Shown here piece by piece: positions 1 through 8,968 of a stretch of DNA of 40,199 bases. Each line of letters opens with the position of its first letter. Within the stretch, counting starts at the first letter, position 1. Source of the stretch: a virus; IMG/VR virus record IMGVR_UViG_3300045988_042083, positions 1 through 40,199 of that record; one strand, given 5' to 3'. The notes below the pieces were generated by a model. It ran no database searches and was not told the origin of the DNA. It saw only the letters and a list, made by a program, of their open reading frames with translations. The translations under genes were made by a program, and so were the position numbers.

Positions 1-119
1 GGCATACGCCGCGCGAAGTTGTTATGCTCCGCAACCCTAGCCTCAAGCTGTTGTAACCGATAATTCGTCAATTTGCTGCTGACGAGTATACCACCCAACG
101 AGCCACCAAGCGTCCCGAC
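1..119. repeat. 119-bp direct terminal repeat, identical to 40081-40199. Either a circular-assembly overlap or true terminal redundancy. Unique genome length 40,080 bp.
   Basis: Read directly: ggcatacgccgcgcgaagtt...ccaccaagcgtcccgac is present at both window ends. Confidence 0.95.
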
Positions 120-155
120 AAGCGATATAAGTGCCACGATTACTGTACTGTCCAT
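1..155 (-). CDS. 5' part of a 76-aa lysis-cassette protein with an N-terminal TM helix and a coiled coil (BhlA/UviB-like holin-type architecture). The ORF continues across the circular junction to 40005.
   Basis: ATG at 155-153 follows TAAGGAGGTGAG. Sequence MDSTVIVALISLVGTLGGSLGGILVSS (TM) then LQQLEARVAEHNNFARRMPVVEEQIKVINHRIEDLESEV. Missing from the ORF track only because the window ends split it. Confidence 0.6.
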   Translation of the reverse strand, partial: MDSTVIVALISLVGTLGGSLGGILVSSKLTNYRLQQLEARVAEHNNFARRM

Positions 156-170
156 TAACTTCTCACCTCC

Positions 171-2117
171 TTAGATGCTTCCGTATGTTTCCAAAATGTA
201 CTTGGTATTTGACGATACCTGCTCAGCAGTGTGTTCTTGATTACCCACCGCAAGCATGCGGTAATAATGGTTGCCGGGTAAATCATATGCTGACGTGACA
301 TTGCCTCTTATTGATTTGTTAAGCATAAATTCCCCATAATAGTCACCGAGAGCTGTAGCGGCAGAGCCAACGTAAACACCATCAATGTACAACTTCGCTA
401 GTGTTGTACTTCTAGTTATACATACAACATGTGATTCACGCGCATCTACATTAGACGTAATATTAGACCGCCGACCAGAAAGCCAAATAAAAGGGGTTAC
501 ACCAATAGCAAAATCGTGGCACTGGGCATCTGAAGTCATGTGTTTCGACATTGCCGTACGGAAATTTCCGTCTATGTACACCGTTTTCAAGAGCATATAT
601 ATTGTCATAGGTTCATCACAAGTCAACACGCCATAATCGCTTGTGGTGAGGTGCAGACACTTGTTTTCCTTGTTGCCACCGACAAGGGTGATGTTGTAAT
701 TTGATGATAACTTGTTAGACCATACTGAATTGCCGATGTCTAATGTAGACATGTCGTAAAACGCAAAAATGCCGGTATCGTCAAACTTAACTGTTTTTGC
801 AAGCCCTCTGCACATTGCCACCGCCATAAACATTGCGTTGTGCATGTTAACGTTGGTTATACCACTGTTTATTGATGGCTCAAATTCGTTACCACTGTCA
901 TCACTGATTTTGGATATCAACCCAGTGCTGTCATCGATATCAGCAGTATAGGTTGTGCCGTTAAACTTTACCGACCAATCAGTCAAGTACTCATAATTAC
1001 TTAGTGATGCCCCAGAAGTAACCGTTGCATACCCCTGTTGGTCTGTAACTTGACTGCCTGTGTATTCCTGTTGTGATGCCGATTTTGCAAGACTGTAGAG
1101 CGTTTCGGAGAAAAACCCGTTAGAGAAATCATACACGATACCCATAACAAGCATAGTGTACACTGTTCCGCCAAGCGCAGCGTAGTCAACCAAGTCCCCA
1201 AGCTGAAAAATGCCTGTTCCCTGCTTTTTGAGCGTAATTGAACTATAAGACAGCCCAACCAGCTTAGTTTCTAAGTTGTGCAGTATCTGCTCCTCGGACG
1301 TGTATTCAAGCGGGTTTGTCAACTCCACGGTGTTTTCAGTAAAGTCATCATTAAGGCTATACGAGATGCCGGATTTATTCCATACAATCCCGTCAATCAT
1401 GAAATCAGTGTCATCAATAGTTTGAGAAATCACGCTTGCCGCTTCTATTGTATACCCTGTTTCGGTGGGTATAGCAAGGTTAATTTTAAAATCAACGTCT
1501 ATGTATGCTTCACCAGCATTTGTGGCAGCGATATACCCTAGCATTGTGCGGCGGGTGTAATACCTCTGTTCACCATCTTTACTTTTGTCCATCTGTGGCA
1601 TTGTTTCGATGGTTGCATCGTTAATAAGTGACAGACTAGAAGACAAGTTAATGTTAGTTTGGTTTGAAATCTCGTTCAACACGTCACTAGTTTTTGCGGG
1701 ATAAGTTAGCTTAGATTTGTAATTTTTCTCAAGGCGTAACATAGCGTCATACGCTGTTACACTTTTGCTATGTAATCCCTGTTTTACAGAATCCACATAA
1801 AACCAGCCTAACCCGCGCCAAGCAGTTACGTCATCTCCACTGCCAAACCGCACGTACACCTGCAAGCGGTCTTTCACCCGTACGTCCACATCATTAGTGA
1901 AAGTCGCGTTAAGCTGTGCGCATACCGTACCACCTAAGGAAAACCCACCTGTAGTCTGACCACGCACGATTTTTAAAGACAGTACACCGACACCGCCGAG
2001 ATACTGGGCTTTATCCACAACTGCGCCGTCAACCACTTCACCAACATCGACACGTAACGAGTATACGCGACCAGCGGCTGTTGCTTTATCTAGATAGTCT
2101 TGCGTTACCTCGTACAT
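171..2117 (-). CDS. Tail tip / receptor-binding protein (648 aa) with a C-terminal concanavalin/LamG-like jelly-roll region.
   Basis: Last gene of the tail operon, two genes after the tape measure. RBS GGAGGAGG upstream. C-terminal ...LAKLYIDGVYVGSAATALGDYYGEFMLNKSIRGN... resembles LamG-type lectin folds. Confidence 0.6.
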   Translation of the reverse strand: MYEVTQDYLDKATAAGRVYSLRVDVGEVVDGAVVDKAQYLGGVGVLSLKIVRGQTTGGFSLGGTVCAQLNATFTNDVDVRVKDRLQVYVRFGSGDDVTAWRGLGWFYVDSVKQGLHSKSVTAYDAMLRLEKNYKSKLTYPAKTSDVLNEISNQTNINLSSSLSLINDATIETMPQMDKSKDGEQRYYTRRTMLGYIAATNAGEAYIDVDFKINLAIPTETGYTIEAASVISQTIDDTDFMIDGIVWNKSGISYSLNDDFTENTVELTNPLEYTSEEQILHNLETKLVGLSYSSITLKKQGTGIFQLGDLVDYAALGGTVYTMLVMGIVYDFSNGFFSETLYSLAKSASQQEYTGSQVTDQQGYATVTSGASLSNYEYLTDWSVKFNGTTYTADIDDSTGLISKISDDSGNEFEPSINSGITNVNMHNAMFMAVAMCRGLAKTVKFDDTGIFAFYDMSTLDIGNSVWSNKLSSNYNITLVGGNKENKCLHLTTSDYGVLTCDEPMTIYMLLKTVYIDGNFRTAMSKHMTSDAQCHDFAIGVTPFIWLSGRRSNITSNVDARESHVVCITRSTTLAKLYIDGVYVGSAATALGDYYGEFMLNKSIRGNVTSAYDLPGNHYYRMLAVGNQEHTAEQVSSNTKYILETYGSI

Positions 2118-2118
2118 G

Positions 2119-2481
2119 TTATACCTCCTCCATCTCTACGGTCATCGACCCGTACCGCATACCTTGGCTCTTATCGCCATAGAAATATTTGGGAGAGGGT
2201 TCAGTAAAGTCCAGAACACGCATAGTTTTGGTAACACGGGTATTACCCCTGTCGAAAATTACCGGGCAGGAAATCAACGCCCGCGCCGCCCGTAAAGCTA
2301 TCATCTGTTCATCAGTTATTAGGTTGAGTTTTGCAGTTATCTCAACTTTTTCATCGCCTATGCGGTCTATAAGCAACCCACCAGCAAGGTTGGTCTGAAC
2401 ATTTTCTTTACGGTATGTTCCTTTCACTTCAAGTTCGGAGGTGTTGAACTCCGTACCGTTAACGCTAAGATAATACTCCAC
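2119..2481 (-). CDS. Small distal-tail/baseplate protein (120 aa). Function inferred from position only.
   Basis: GTG start after TAAGGAGGGGAG. Lies directly between the tape measure and the tail tip gene, with 1-nt spacing to the next gene. Confidence 0.4.
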   Translation of the reverse strand: MEYYLSVNGTEFNTSELEVKGTYRKENVQTNLAGGLLIDRIGDEKVEITAKLNLITDEQMIALRAARALISCPVIFDRGNTRVTKTMRVLDFTEPSPKYFYGDKSQGMRYGSMTVEMEEV

Positions 2482-2494
2482 GATACTCCCCTCC

Positions 2495-4681
2495 TTAATA
2501 AGTCATGCCGTCAGCACGTTTCGCTTGATTGGTGAGGTCAATAAGCGTACGTCCAAGTTCTATACCACCCTCCAGCTGCACTACCACAAGAATAGGCTGC
2601 GAAACGCCGGGAGAACCATTATTGTCTGTGTACTGCGAAGCTTTATTAGCATCCCATTCACTTTTACCTATACTTACACCGTCAAGTTCAGTTGGTATTG
2701 CTTTCTGCATATCGTCCGAAACGGATTCCATTTCGTCACCGAAACCCTCACCAAGACCCTCTGCCATAAACCCGCCGAGGCTTGCAAACAGCTTCGATGG
2801 AGAATGTATCCCGAAGAAATTTTTAATACCATCTACAATACCACCGAAGAATCCACTGATTTTATCCCAAAGCCAAGCACCTGCATCGGCAATACCCTGC
2901 CACAGACCTTTTATCAAGTTTAGACCAGTGTTCGCCATATCACCAGCAAAACTACCAAAAGCTTCGATAATTCCAGCAATTATTTGCGGTATTGCCTTAA
3001 CTATCTCAACAATAATCGTTGGTAGATTTTCAATCAACGCCACAAATAATTGTACGCCAGCCACAATCAGTTGAGGAATAGCGTCTATTAGAGCGTTGAT
3101 AACGCTGTCTATAATCTGCGGTATCGCCGCAACGATGGTTGTGATTATTGTAGGTAAGTTTTGTACAAGCGAAATAAGCAGCTTAATACCAGCGTCAATT
3201 AACTGGGGTATGGCGGAAATAATCGCCGTAATTATACCGTCAATAATTTGAGGAATGACAGCGACAATCGCTGCAATAATGTCTGGTAATGCAGTAACTA
3301 ACGATGTTAATAACTGTATACCAGCATCGATTATTTGAGGAATAGCCCCTATGAGAAACTCTACAATGCCGTTGATAATACCGGGTAGGGCTTCTATCAG
3401 CACAGGTAACGCATCGAGTATACCCTGCGCAAGCCCAACAATCAATTGCAAAGCTGCATCGAGTATCATCGGCAGATTGTCAATAAGTCCATTCACAATG
3501 GTGATGATAGCTTCAACCGCTGCCGGGATAAGTGTTGGCAAAGCTTTGGATATACCATCCACAAGCTGGGCTATGAGTTTCACCGCTGTCTGCAACACAA
3601 GCGGAAGCTTTTTAATTATTGTGTCCACAACGGTCATCACTGCCTCAATTGCCACAGGCATTAACGTTGGTAACAACGACAACAGTGTATCCAACACCTG
3701 TGAAAATAGGTTCGTGGCTGTATCAAGTAGTGTCGGCAGAATATCCGGTATTAGCTTAACTACCATTTCTGTAAGCTTTGGGAAAAGTTCGCTCACCAAT
3801 TTTATAATGCCGTTCAAAACTTCCTGTACACGTGGTAATATATTGTCACCAACTGTGGCTACGGAATCCACGAAATTGTCCACTAGCGCACCAAAATCTT
3901 GACTACTATCTGCAATGCCCACAACAAGGTTTTGCCATGCCGCTTTAGCACTTGAAAGTGAACCCTCGATAGTGGTGCTTGCCTCTTTCGCAGTAGTACC
4001 AGTGATGCCCATGTTGGTCTGCACAATGTGAATTGCGTCTATTATGTCGGAGTATGACATGGAAAGCTTGCCCGTTTCATCACGTGCAGCTTTAAACGAA
4101 CTGTCAATACCCTCGGCATCTTTTATCAGACGCTCCATTTCTGAAGCAGTGCCGCCGTAGCCAAGCTTTAAGTTGTCAAGCATGGTATAATTCTGCTTCG
4201 CAAAACCGCTATAAGCATTCTGTATGCTCTCCATATCCGAACCCATTTTGTTGGCGTTATCGGACATGTCAGTAATAGCCATGTTGGCTTTTTCGGAGGC
4301 AGCCTCTGTATCGCCGCCCATCGACTGTAACAGTGACGCAGAAAAACCCGTAACGGTACTCATGTATTCATTCGCGGACATGCCTGCAGTTTTATACGCT
4401 ACATCGGCGTACTGCATTACCTTATCCGCGCTTTTTGAAAAAAGCGTTTCAACGCCGCCAGTTAGCTGTTCGTATTCACCATAAGCCCCAACCGACTGTT
4501 TTGTAAGCGCGACCACTGCTCCAGTTGCAGCAGACATCGCTGCTGTCGTGGCTGCACCCGCTACAGAGGCGGCTTTGGAAAGCCCGCTTTTAAACGACGA
4601 TGCAAGACTACCAACTTTATCGCTGGCTTGGTCATCAACGCCAACCCTAACAAAAAGGTCTAACAGGTTAATTTGAGCCAC
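2495..4681 (-). CDS. Tail tape measure protein (728 aa).
   Basis: Follows the G/GT chaperones. Ala/Ser-rich helical N-terminus and long hydrophobic IPQIID/LPTII repeats. GTG start. Confidence 0.9.
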   Translation of the reverse strand: MAQINLLDLFVRVGVDDQASDKVGSLASSFKSGLSKAASVAGAATTAAMSAATGAVVALTKQSVGAYGEYEQLTGGVETLFSKSADKVMQYADVAYKTAGMSANEYMSTVTGFSASLLQSMGGDTEAASEKANMAITDMSDNANKMGSDMESIQNAYSGFAKQNYTMLDNLKLGYGGTASEMERLIKDAEGIDSSFKAARDETGKLSMSYSDIIDAIHIVQTNMGITGTTAKEASTTIEGSLSSAKAAWQNLVVGIADSSQDFGALVDNFVDSVATVGDNILPRVQEVLNGIIKLVSELFPKLTEMVVKLIPDILPTLLDTATNLFSQVLDTLLSLLPTLMPVAIEAVMTVVDTIIKKLPLVLQTAVKLIAQLVDGISKALPTLIPAAVEAIITIVNGLIDNLPMILDAALQLIVGLAQGILDALPVLIEALPGIINGIVEFLIGAIPQIIDAGIQLLTSLVTALPDIIAAIVAVIPQIIDGIITAIISAIPQLIDAGIKLLISLVQNLPTIITTIVAAIPQIIDSVINALIDAIPQLIVAGVQLFVALIENLPTIIVEIVKAIPQIIAGIIEAFGSFAGDMANTGLNLIKGLWQGIADAGAWLWDKISGFFGGIVDGIKNFFGIHSPSKLFASLGGFMAEGLGEGFGDEMESVSDDMQKAIPTELDGVSIGKSEWDANKASQYTDNNGSPGVSQPILVVVQLEGGIELGRTLIDLTNQAKRADGMTY
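2948..3343 (-). repeat. In-frame tandem repeat, 3 x 132 bp (44 aa), inside the tape measure gene.
   Basis: IPQ(I/L)IDAG.. units start at 3343, 3211 and 3079, an exact 132-bp period. More degenerate copies lie upstream. Confidence 0.85.
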
Positions 4682-5320
4682 CCCCTAATGCTTTTAGCTT
4701 ACCTTTGATGTGGTTTATTACTTCCTTGCTTGTCCGCTTGTCTTCGGGTTTTGGGTTCATGAGGTCATGAAACTTCACAGTAACATACTCGCCCCCGCCC
4801 ATCTTAGCCACGCATTGACCGATGTTGTACAAGCATAAAGCCGTGTAATCACGAAAGGCTGACTCCTCGCTCTGCCGTTTAACCATAATCGGCAATGCAG
4901 AAATCAGCCCCCTCGCACTCATTCTTCGTGGTGTGTTCAGTAAAGCGGAAGTTACTCTTTCTCCCCCGACACACACGACTTGAAAAAATCAACAAGCTCT
5001 TTGTCCTTTACCATGTCGCGAATCTGCTCCATGGTCTTCACAATGCTCTGTTTAGACACATCATCTACAGTAACATCGTGAATTACCGCAAGAATACCGA
5101 AGATGTCCGACTTGTGTTTCTTCAGAACGAGGGGAACAAGCTTTGAAATTTTCTCCATGGCTACTGTCATGATTTCAATTCTGCTCTCCTCGCCTGTTAA
5201 CTCCAGCTTTTTCTTCAGTTCGTCCATTAACTCATTGTCCGTCACAATGTGAGTGATGTACACACTGATTTCACACAATACGTCAACCGCGCGGTCTGTC
5301 GCGAACTCCGAAAGTTTCAT
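4668..5320 (-). CDS. gpG-T fusion chaperone made by a programmed -1 frameshift at 4982-4988.
   Basis: The downstream ORF (4668-4976) lies in the -1 frame relative to 4952-5320. That frame is open from the heptamer onward (FFQVVCVGGERVTS...). Confidence 0.7.
4952..5320 (-). CDS. Tail assembly chaperone (gpG analogue, 122 aa).
   Basis: Lies between the major tail protein and the tape measure. Ends ...DFFKSCVSGEKE*. Contains the slippery heptamer. Confidence 0.8.
   Translation of the reverse strand: MKLSEFATDRAVDVLCEISVYITHIVTDNELMDELKKKLELTGEESRIEIMTVAMEKISKLVPLVLKKHKSDIFGILAVIHDVTVDDVSKQSIVKTMEQIRDMVKDKELVDFFKSCVSGEKE
4982..4988 (-). promoter_or_regulatory. -1 programmed ribosomal frameshift slippery heptamer T_TTT_TTC.
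   Basis: Minus strand reads GAT TTT TTC AAG in the zero frame, matching X_XXY_YYZ, 28 nt before the gpG stop codon. Confidence 0.7.
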
Positions 5321-5342
5321 ATTGCTCCTCCTTGGTTAACCA

Positions 5343-5966
5343 TTAAGTATTTTCAGTGTCAGTGGTCTGTTCATTCGTGACGCTTGCGGTACTTACAGAG
5401 CTTTCTGCGTTAGTCGAATAGAAAACCATAGGCATCTCGGTCTGAGCGTTGATGGATACATGCCCAGTCAGTTCACACGAAATCTGCCCCTTACCATTCT
5501 TCGAAGTCTGCAGAGAGAAGCCACCCGTAGAGAGTGCATTTTTAAGCTGGATTGCGACCATACCGCCGTCAGCCTTGTCACCCACCCACCAAATGTCAGA
5601 GAAATCTGATTGTTTGAGGTCTTTACGAGGTGTTATCTTGCTTGTGTTTAAACTGTCAATGTCCGCTGCACCAAGCGATAATTTAATCGCTGCCGGAGAT
5701 GTACCAAGTGCGGTGAAAGACATCTTACACTCCCAACCATCGAGATGCTTTAACTCCATCATGTTGTTGGGGCAATTATCGATGTCCTCGCCCATGTCCG
5801 AGTATGTCGGTACACAAGAAGCGTTTATACCGCCAGTCGTGGCACAGATGATGTCCTCGTCAGCCGGAGCGTCCGCAGTGTCCGGGTCAAATGTCTTCAG
5901 AAGTACACCTGCGTCAAGCTGCAGGTCATCGAATGTATCCTCAGGGATAACAGTAAACTTGCTCAT
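5343..5966 (-). CDS. Major tail protein (207 aa).
   Basis: Position immediately upstream of the G/GT genes. Size and acidic Ser/Thr-rich C-terminus are typical of siphovirus tube proteins. Confidence 0.8.
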   Translation of the reverse strand: MSKFTVIPEDTFDDLQLDAGVLLKTFDPDTADAPADEDIICATTGGINASCVPTYSDMGEDIDNCPNNMMELKHLDGWECKMSFTALGTSPAAIKLSLGAADIDSLNTSKITPRKDLKQSDFSDIWWVGDKADGGMVAIQLKNALSTGGFSLQTSKNGKGQISCELTGHVSINAQTEMPMVFYSTNAESSVSTASVTNEQTTDTENT

Positions 5967-5981
5967 TTTATCGCCCTTTCT

Positions 5982-6353
5982 TTAGTTTAATGTCAAATAG
6001 TCAACGGTGATGTTTATTACCTTTCTTTTAATCTGGTCATCACTGGTATCACCCATTGAGTTAGCAAAAGGTTGACCCCTTTTTATCCATATCCGACCAC
6101 CATCACAACTAACAAGCTTGCCACCGTACCCAATACCAGCTGAAATCTCTTCGCATTTTGCGTTAGCCACCGTCCAACTTGTGGAACGATACCATAGCGA
6201 AACTGTAATTGTTGATGGGTAATCGGAAAAACTGTCCGTAGTTAAACTGTAGGTAAGATATGGAAAAACAGCGTCATCGGGAACTGAATTCTCCTCATAC
6301 GCTGTAAGTCCGAACCCACTGAAAAATTTATGTAACGCCGCTGCTTTAGTCAT
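5982..6353 (-). CDS. Tail completion / terminator-like protein (123 aa).
   Basis: Position in the head-tail joining block. DUF3168-like pattern ...VPDDAVFPYLTYSL.... Confidence 0.5.
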   Translation of the reverse strand: MTKAAALHKFFSGFGLTAYEENSVPDDAVFPYLTYSLTTDSFSDYPSTITVSLWYRSTSWTVANAKCEEISAGIGYGGKLVSCDGGRIWIKRGQPFANSMGDTSDDQIKRKVINITVDYLTLN

Positions 6354-6364
6354 ACCGCGTCACC

Positions 6365-6721
6365 TCATGTCTGCGCTGATAATTCAAATTCCTCAGCCGT
6401 AAATTGAGAAATCTGAAAAGATGCCGTTTGGGGTGTTTTCTTGTCATCGCTGTCCGATGTGGCACGAAATACCTTACCGTCAGAAAGTCGCTTAAACACA
6501 TCGTGATACTCCATGGGTGTACCTTTCGGCACAGACACGGTATACAGCGATGTCACACCGGATTTCTCCGCTACACGAGCTTCCATAGAGCTGTCAAACA
6601 CTATCGCTGCTTCGAACTGTGCACCCTCCGTCCACTTGACGATATAACCACCCTCGCCGTCCGGTACTTTGCTTTTGTTCAGAAAAACGCAGCCGGTCAT
6701 GGCTTCAGATAACAGCGACAT
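6365..6721 (-). CDS. Head closure / head-tail adaptor-like protein.
   Basis: ATG at 6721 overlaps the upstream stop (TGATG), with GGAGGAAG 5 nt upstream. The track's GTG at 6736 is an alternative start. Confidence 0.5.
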   Translation of the reverse strand: MSLLSEAMTGCVFLNKSKVPDGEGGYIVKWTEGAQFEAAIVFDSSMEARVAEKSGVTSLYTVSVPKGTPMEYHDVFKRLSDGKVFRATSDSDDKKTPQTASFQISQFTAEEFELSAQT

Positions 6722-7155
6722 CAAATCTTCCTCCACATGTTTAATTTATTAGCGAACACTTTTTGCCATGAAAGCGGTAAACCGTCCTTGTCTGTCGCTT
6801 TCGAATAACTATACCCGCCGAAAGATTCCGAATTATAAGGGGACATGTCACTTTCATACTTCTTACGGTATTCTTTGATTTCGTCAGACAGAGCAATGAA
6901 CGCCGGAGGAACGTTCATCACCCATATCTGACCGTCAAATACCTCGTCCGTCAAGGAGGTGAGTACGGACGAAGCGTTCTGGTGAACGCCGTCATTGAAA
7001 CAACTCCCCGCTATTCGGAAATACTGGTTGTTGTATACGAAATTGAGCGGTGAAATTGTGCCGTCTTTGATGGTAAATGTTCCATAATGCTTACCCCCTT
7101 TGGGAGTAAACCAATTTCTACACTCTCTACACATCTCTTCAAGCATCTTTCTCAC
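6721..7155 (-). CDS. Virion protein of the head-tail connector region (144 aa). No recognisable family.
   Basis: First gene after the capsid gene. Start ambiguous between GTG 7155 and ATG 7146. Confidence 0.35.
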   Translation of the reverse strand: MRKMLEEMCRECRNWFTPKGGKHYGTFTIKDGTISPLNFVYNNQYFRIAGSCFNDGVHQNASSVLTSLTDEVFDGQIWVMNVPPAFIALSDEIKEYRKKYESDMSPYNSESFGGYSYSKATDKDGLPLSWQKVFANKLNMWRKI

Positions 7156-7177
7156 CGCCCTTTCCGTGTGTTAGCGA

Positions 7178-8218
7178 TTAACCCTTACTGATGATACGCG
7201 CAAAGGGTATCGCCTTGTTGTCGAAGAACCCAGTACCCGCGCTGTCCTTGATTACAGTCCAACGCGCAGCTGTTGCAAGCTGTTCGTTTGTGGGAGATAC
7301 AATCGGAACTGTAGGCTGTACGAAGCTGAAACCCTTAGGGGCGTAAATCTTACGCTGACGAGTAATCAGCCACTCCTTACCGCCCGCGCTCTTGGGGTCA
7401 CGGTGGGTTTCGTTAGGAACAGCCGCGCCACAGTCGCAGTAGTCGAATGCATTCTGACCGAGAATGTAGGTGGTGTATGCGGTGTATGCGGATTCGTTTT
7501 CGCCAACTACCTCGGTAGGTACTTCGTCATCAATAAGAACAGTTCTACCGTTCCATGTCGCCAGACCCGTAGATCTCTGAATGCCGTTAGCGTCTGTCTG
7601 CTTCAGATACTCAAGCACCTGCAGGTTCTCAAGGTTTGTTGCAACCTCGGAGTGCATAATTGCGAGGGTAAACATGTTCTTGTTGTCGCCTACAGCCTGC
7701 TGGATTGCGGAGTTCAGCGTGGTTGCGCCTACCTTTGCCGCATCACCCTCTTTTCCGGTAATGTCGAAAGTGTGCTTGGTGTTGAAGCCATTAGCTGTAA
7801 CGCCGAAAATGCCCTTGAGTGTTGCAAGAATTGTAGACTGGTCTACATCGTCCCAGTAATTTGCAACCTGCGTTGCAATCTCTTCCATGAAATCATGTCC
7901 GGTGATGTCCTTGGAGAAGTCTTTCTCCTCCCACGCCTTAGCACGACCCACGACAACCATAGACTGCATAAATGTTTCCAGCGTGGTTGCGGTGATGTCG
8001 GTGTTGCCGTCATAGTTCAGCGCGTCACCGCCGATAAGACCCGTCATCGGTACGCTGATGAAATTGCCGCCTGTCTGCTCTGTAAGCATGGTTTTGAGGT
8101 CAGCCCTGCTGCGCAGGATACCCGCCTTGATGAAAGCATTCTGCTTTACGCGAGGAACGGTTTCAAGGTATCTGCCGAATACCTCGGAATTGAAAATCTT
8201 GGAATTAAATACACCCAT
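7178..8218 (-). CDS. Major capsid protein (346 aa).
   Basis: Follows the scaffold gene. RBS AGGAG. Size and composition fit an HK97-fold coat protein. No protease gene, so an SPP1-like head module. Confidence 0.75.
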   Translation of the reverse strand: MGVFNSKIFNSEVFGRYLETVPRVKQNAFIKAGILRSRADLKTMLTEQTGGNFISVPMTGLIGGDALNYDGNTDITATTLETFMQSMVVVGRAKAWEEKDFSKDITGHDFMEEIATQVANYWDDVDQSTILATLKGIFGVTANGFNTKHTFDITGKEGDAAKVGATTLNSAIQQAVGDNKNMFTLAIMHSEVATNLENLQVLEYLKQTDANGIQRSTGLATWNGRTVLIDDEVPTEVVGENESAYTAYTTYILGQNAFDYCDCGAAVPNETHRDPKSAGGKEWLITRQRKIYAPKGFSFVQPTVPIVSPTNEQLATAARWTVIKDSAGTGFFDNKAIPFARIISKG

Positions 8219-8227
8219 AATTTACTC

Positions 8228-8842
8228 CTATTCTTTGTACAGTGCCGCCACAGTGTCAGCATGAGCATTGGCGTATTCCATCTGCTTTGACAGCGGCATC
8301 TTTTCGAAGTCCGCTTTCGTCATAGCAGTACTGGTGTTAGGCGGTGTGTCCACGTGTGCGCCGCTGGTCTGGTCAGAAACGATGAAACCCGCCCAATCAC
8401 TTTTGATTGCTTCGGCAAGTTTGTCTGCGTCTACGAGTTTACCGTCCTTAACAGTCATGCCGCTGAAATCAGTAACTCTGAGTATTGCCTCCAGCCGCTT
8501 TTCATCAACATGCTGTCCTTTCAGCAAGTCTGTGTACAGTGCTTTCTTTGTCGAAAGCTCCTTTTCAGCCGCCACACTGGCTTTGAACTGCTCAAATGCT
8601 TCATGTTCCGCTGTGTACTTGGCTTCCCATTCGTCATTGGTTGTTGCTCTCAAAGCGTCCAACTCTTTCTGGACGTTCGGAAGCTTTTCTGCATCGGCTT
8701 TGTAAGTCGCAATTTCTTCCCGCAGCGCATTTATTGAGGTCACGTGTCCGTCAATAATGCTGTCGATTGCTTCTGTTATGTTTTCGGGGCTTACGCCAGC
8801 CTTGCTAAGCACTTCTTTGAGAAATGCCTTGGTTAACGCCAT
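8228..8842 (-). CDS. Scaffolding protein (204 aa from Met31 of the track ORF).
   Basis: MALTKAFLKEVLSKAGV...; coiled-coil and acidic, GP20-like. RBS AAAGGAAG before ATG 8842. The upstream 30 codons of the track ORF overlap the promoter. Confidence 0.75.
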   Translation of the reverse strand: MALTKAFLKEVLSKAGVSPENITEAIDSIIDGHVTSINALREEIATYKADAEKLPNVQKELDALRATTNDEWEAKYTAEHEAFEQFKASVAAEKELSTKKALYTDLLKGQHVDEKRLEAILRVTDFSGMTVKDGKLVDADKLAEAIKSDWAGFIVSDQTSGAHVDTPPNTSTAMTKADFEKMPLSKQMEYANAHADTVAALYKE

Positions 8843-8861
8843 TGTAATCTTCCTTTCTCTC

Positions 8862-8882
8862 GGCGGCTTTCTCTGCCGTTCA
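8862..8882 (-). repeat. Degenerate copy of the dispersed CAACGG..GAAACGCC motif in the scaffold mRNA leader.
   Basis: Minus strand reads TGAACGGCAGAGAAAGCCGCC. Confidence 0.35.
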
Positions 8883-8902
8883 GATTCTTCTTCGTTACTA
8901 CT

Positions 8903-8932
8903 ATTATACCATGTGCCGCATGCATTTGTCAA
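8903..8932 (-). promoter_or_regulatory. Late promoter P_scaf: TTGACA-N18-TGgTATAAT.
   Basis: Minus strand reads CTTGACAaatgcatgcggcacaTGGTATAATagtagta, about 55 nt before the scaffold ATG. Confidence 0.75.
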
Positions 8933-8968
8933 GGGATTTATTGTACCGTTTTCATTGTCAGCTGTTTT

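Noticed and set aside
1-119. The terminal repeat as a biologically defined direct terminal repeat (T7-like DTR).
   Set aside because: It cannot be distinguished from a circular-assembly overlap without reads. The repeat falls inside a coding sequence (the 76-aa lysis gene), and the terminase is of headful/SPP1-like gene organisation. Assembly overlap is therefore more likely. Reported only as a repeat.
171-2117. Diversity-generating retroelement targeting the lectin-like C-terminus of the tail protein.
   Set aside because: There is no reverse transcriptase gene. I saw no template repeat matching the 3' end of the gene anywhere in the window.
7403-8290. 295-aa plus-strand ORF over the capsid gene.
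   Set aside because: It is antisense to the major capsid gene, has Cys/Arg-rich nonsense-like composition and has no RBS. The same reasoning rejects 2529-3074, 3351-3902, 5449-5985, 9444-10139, 10299-10967, 16733-17281, 17345-17881, 33122-33814 and 34612-35073.
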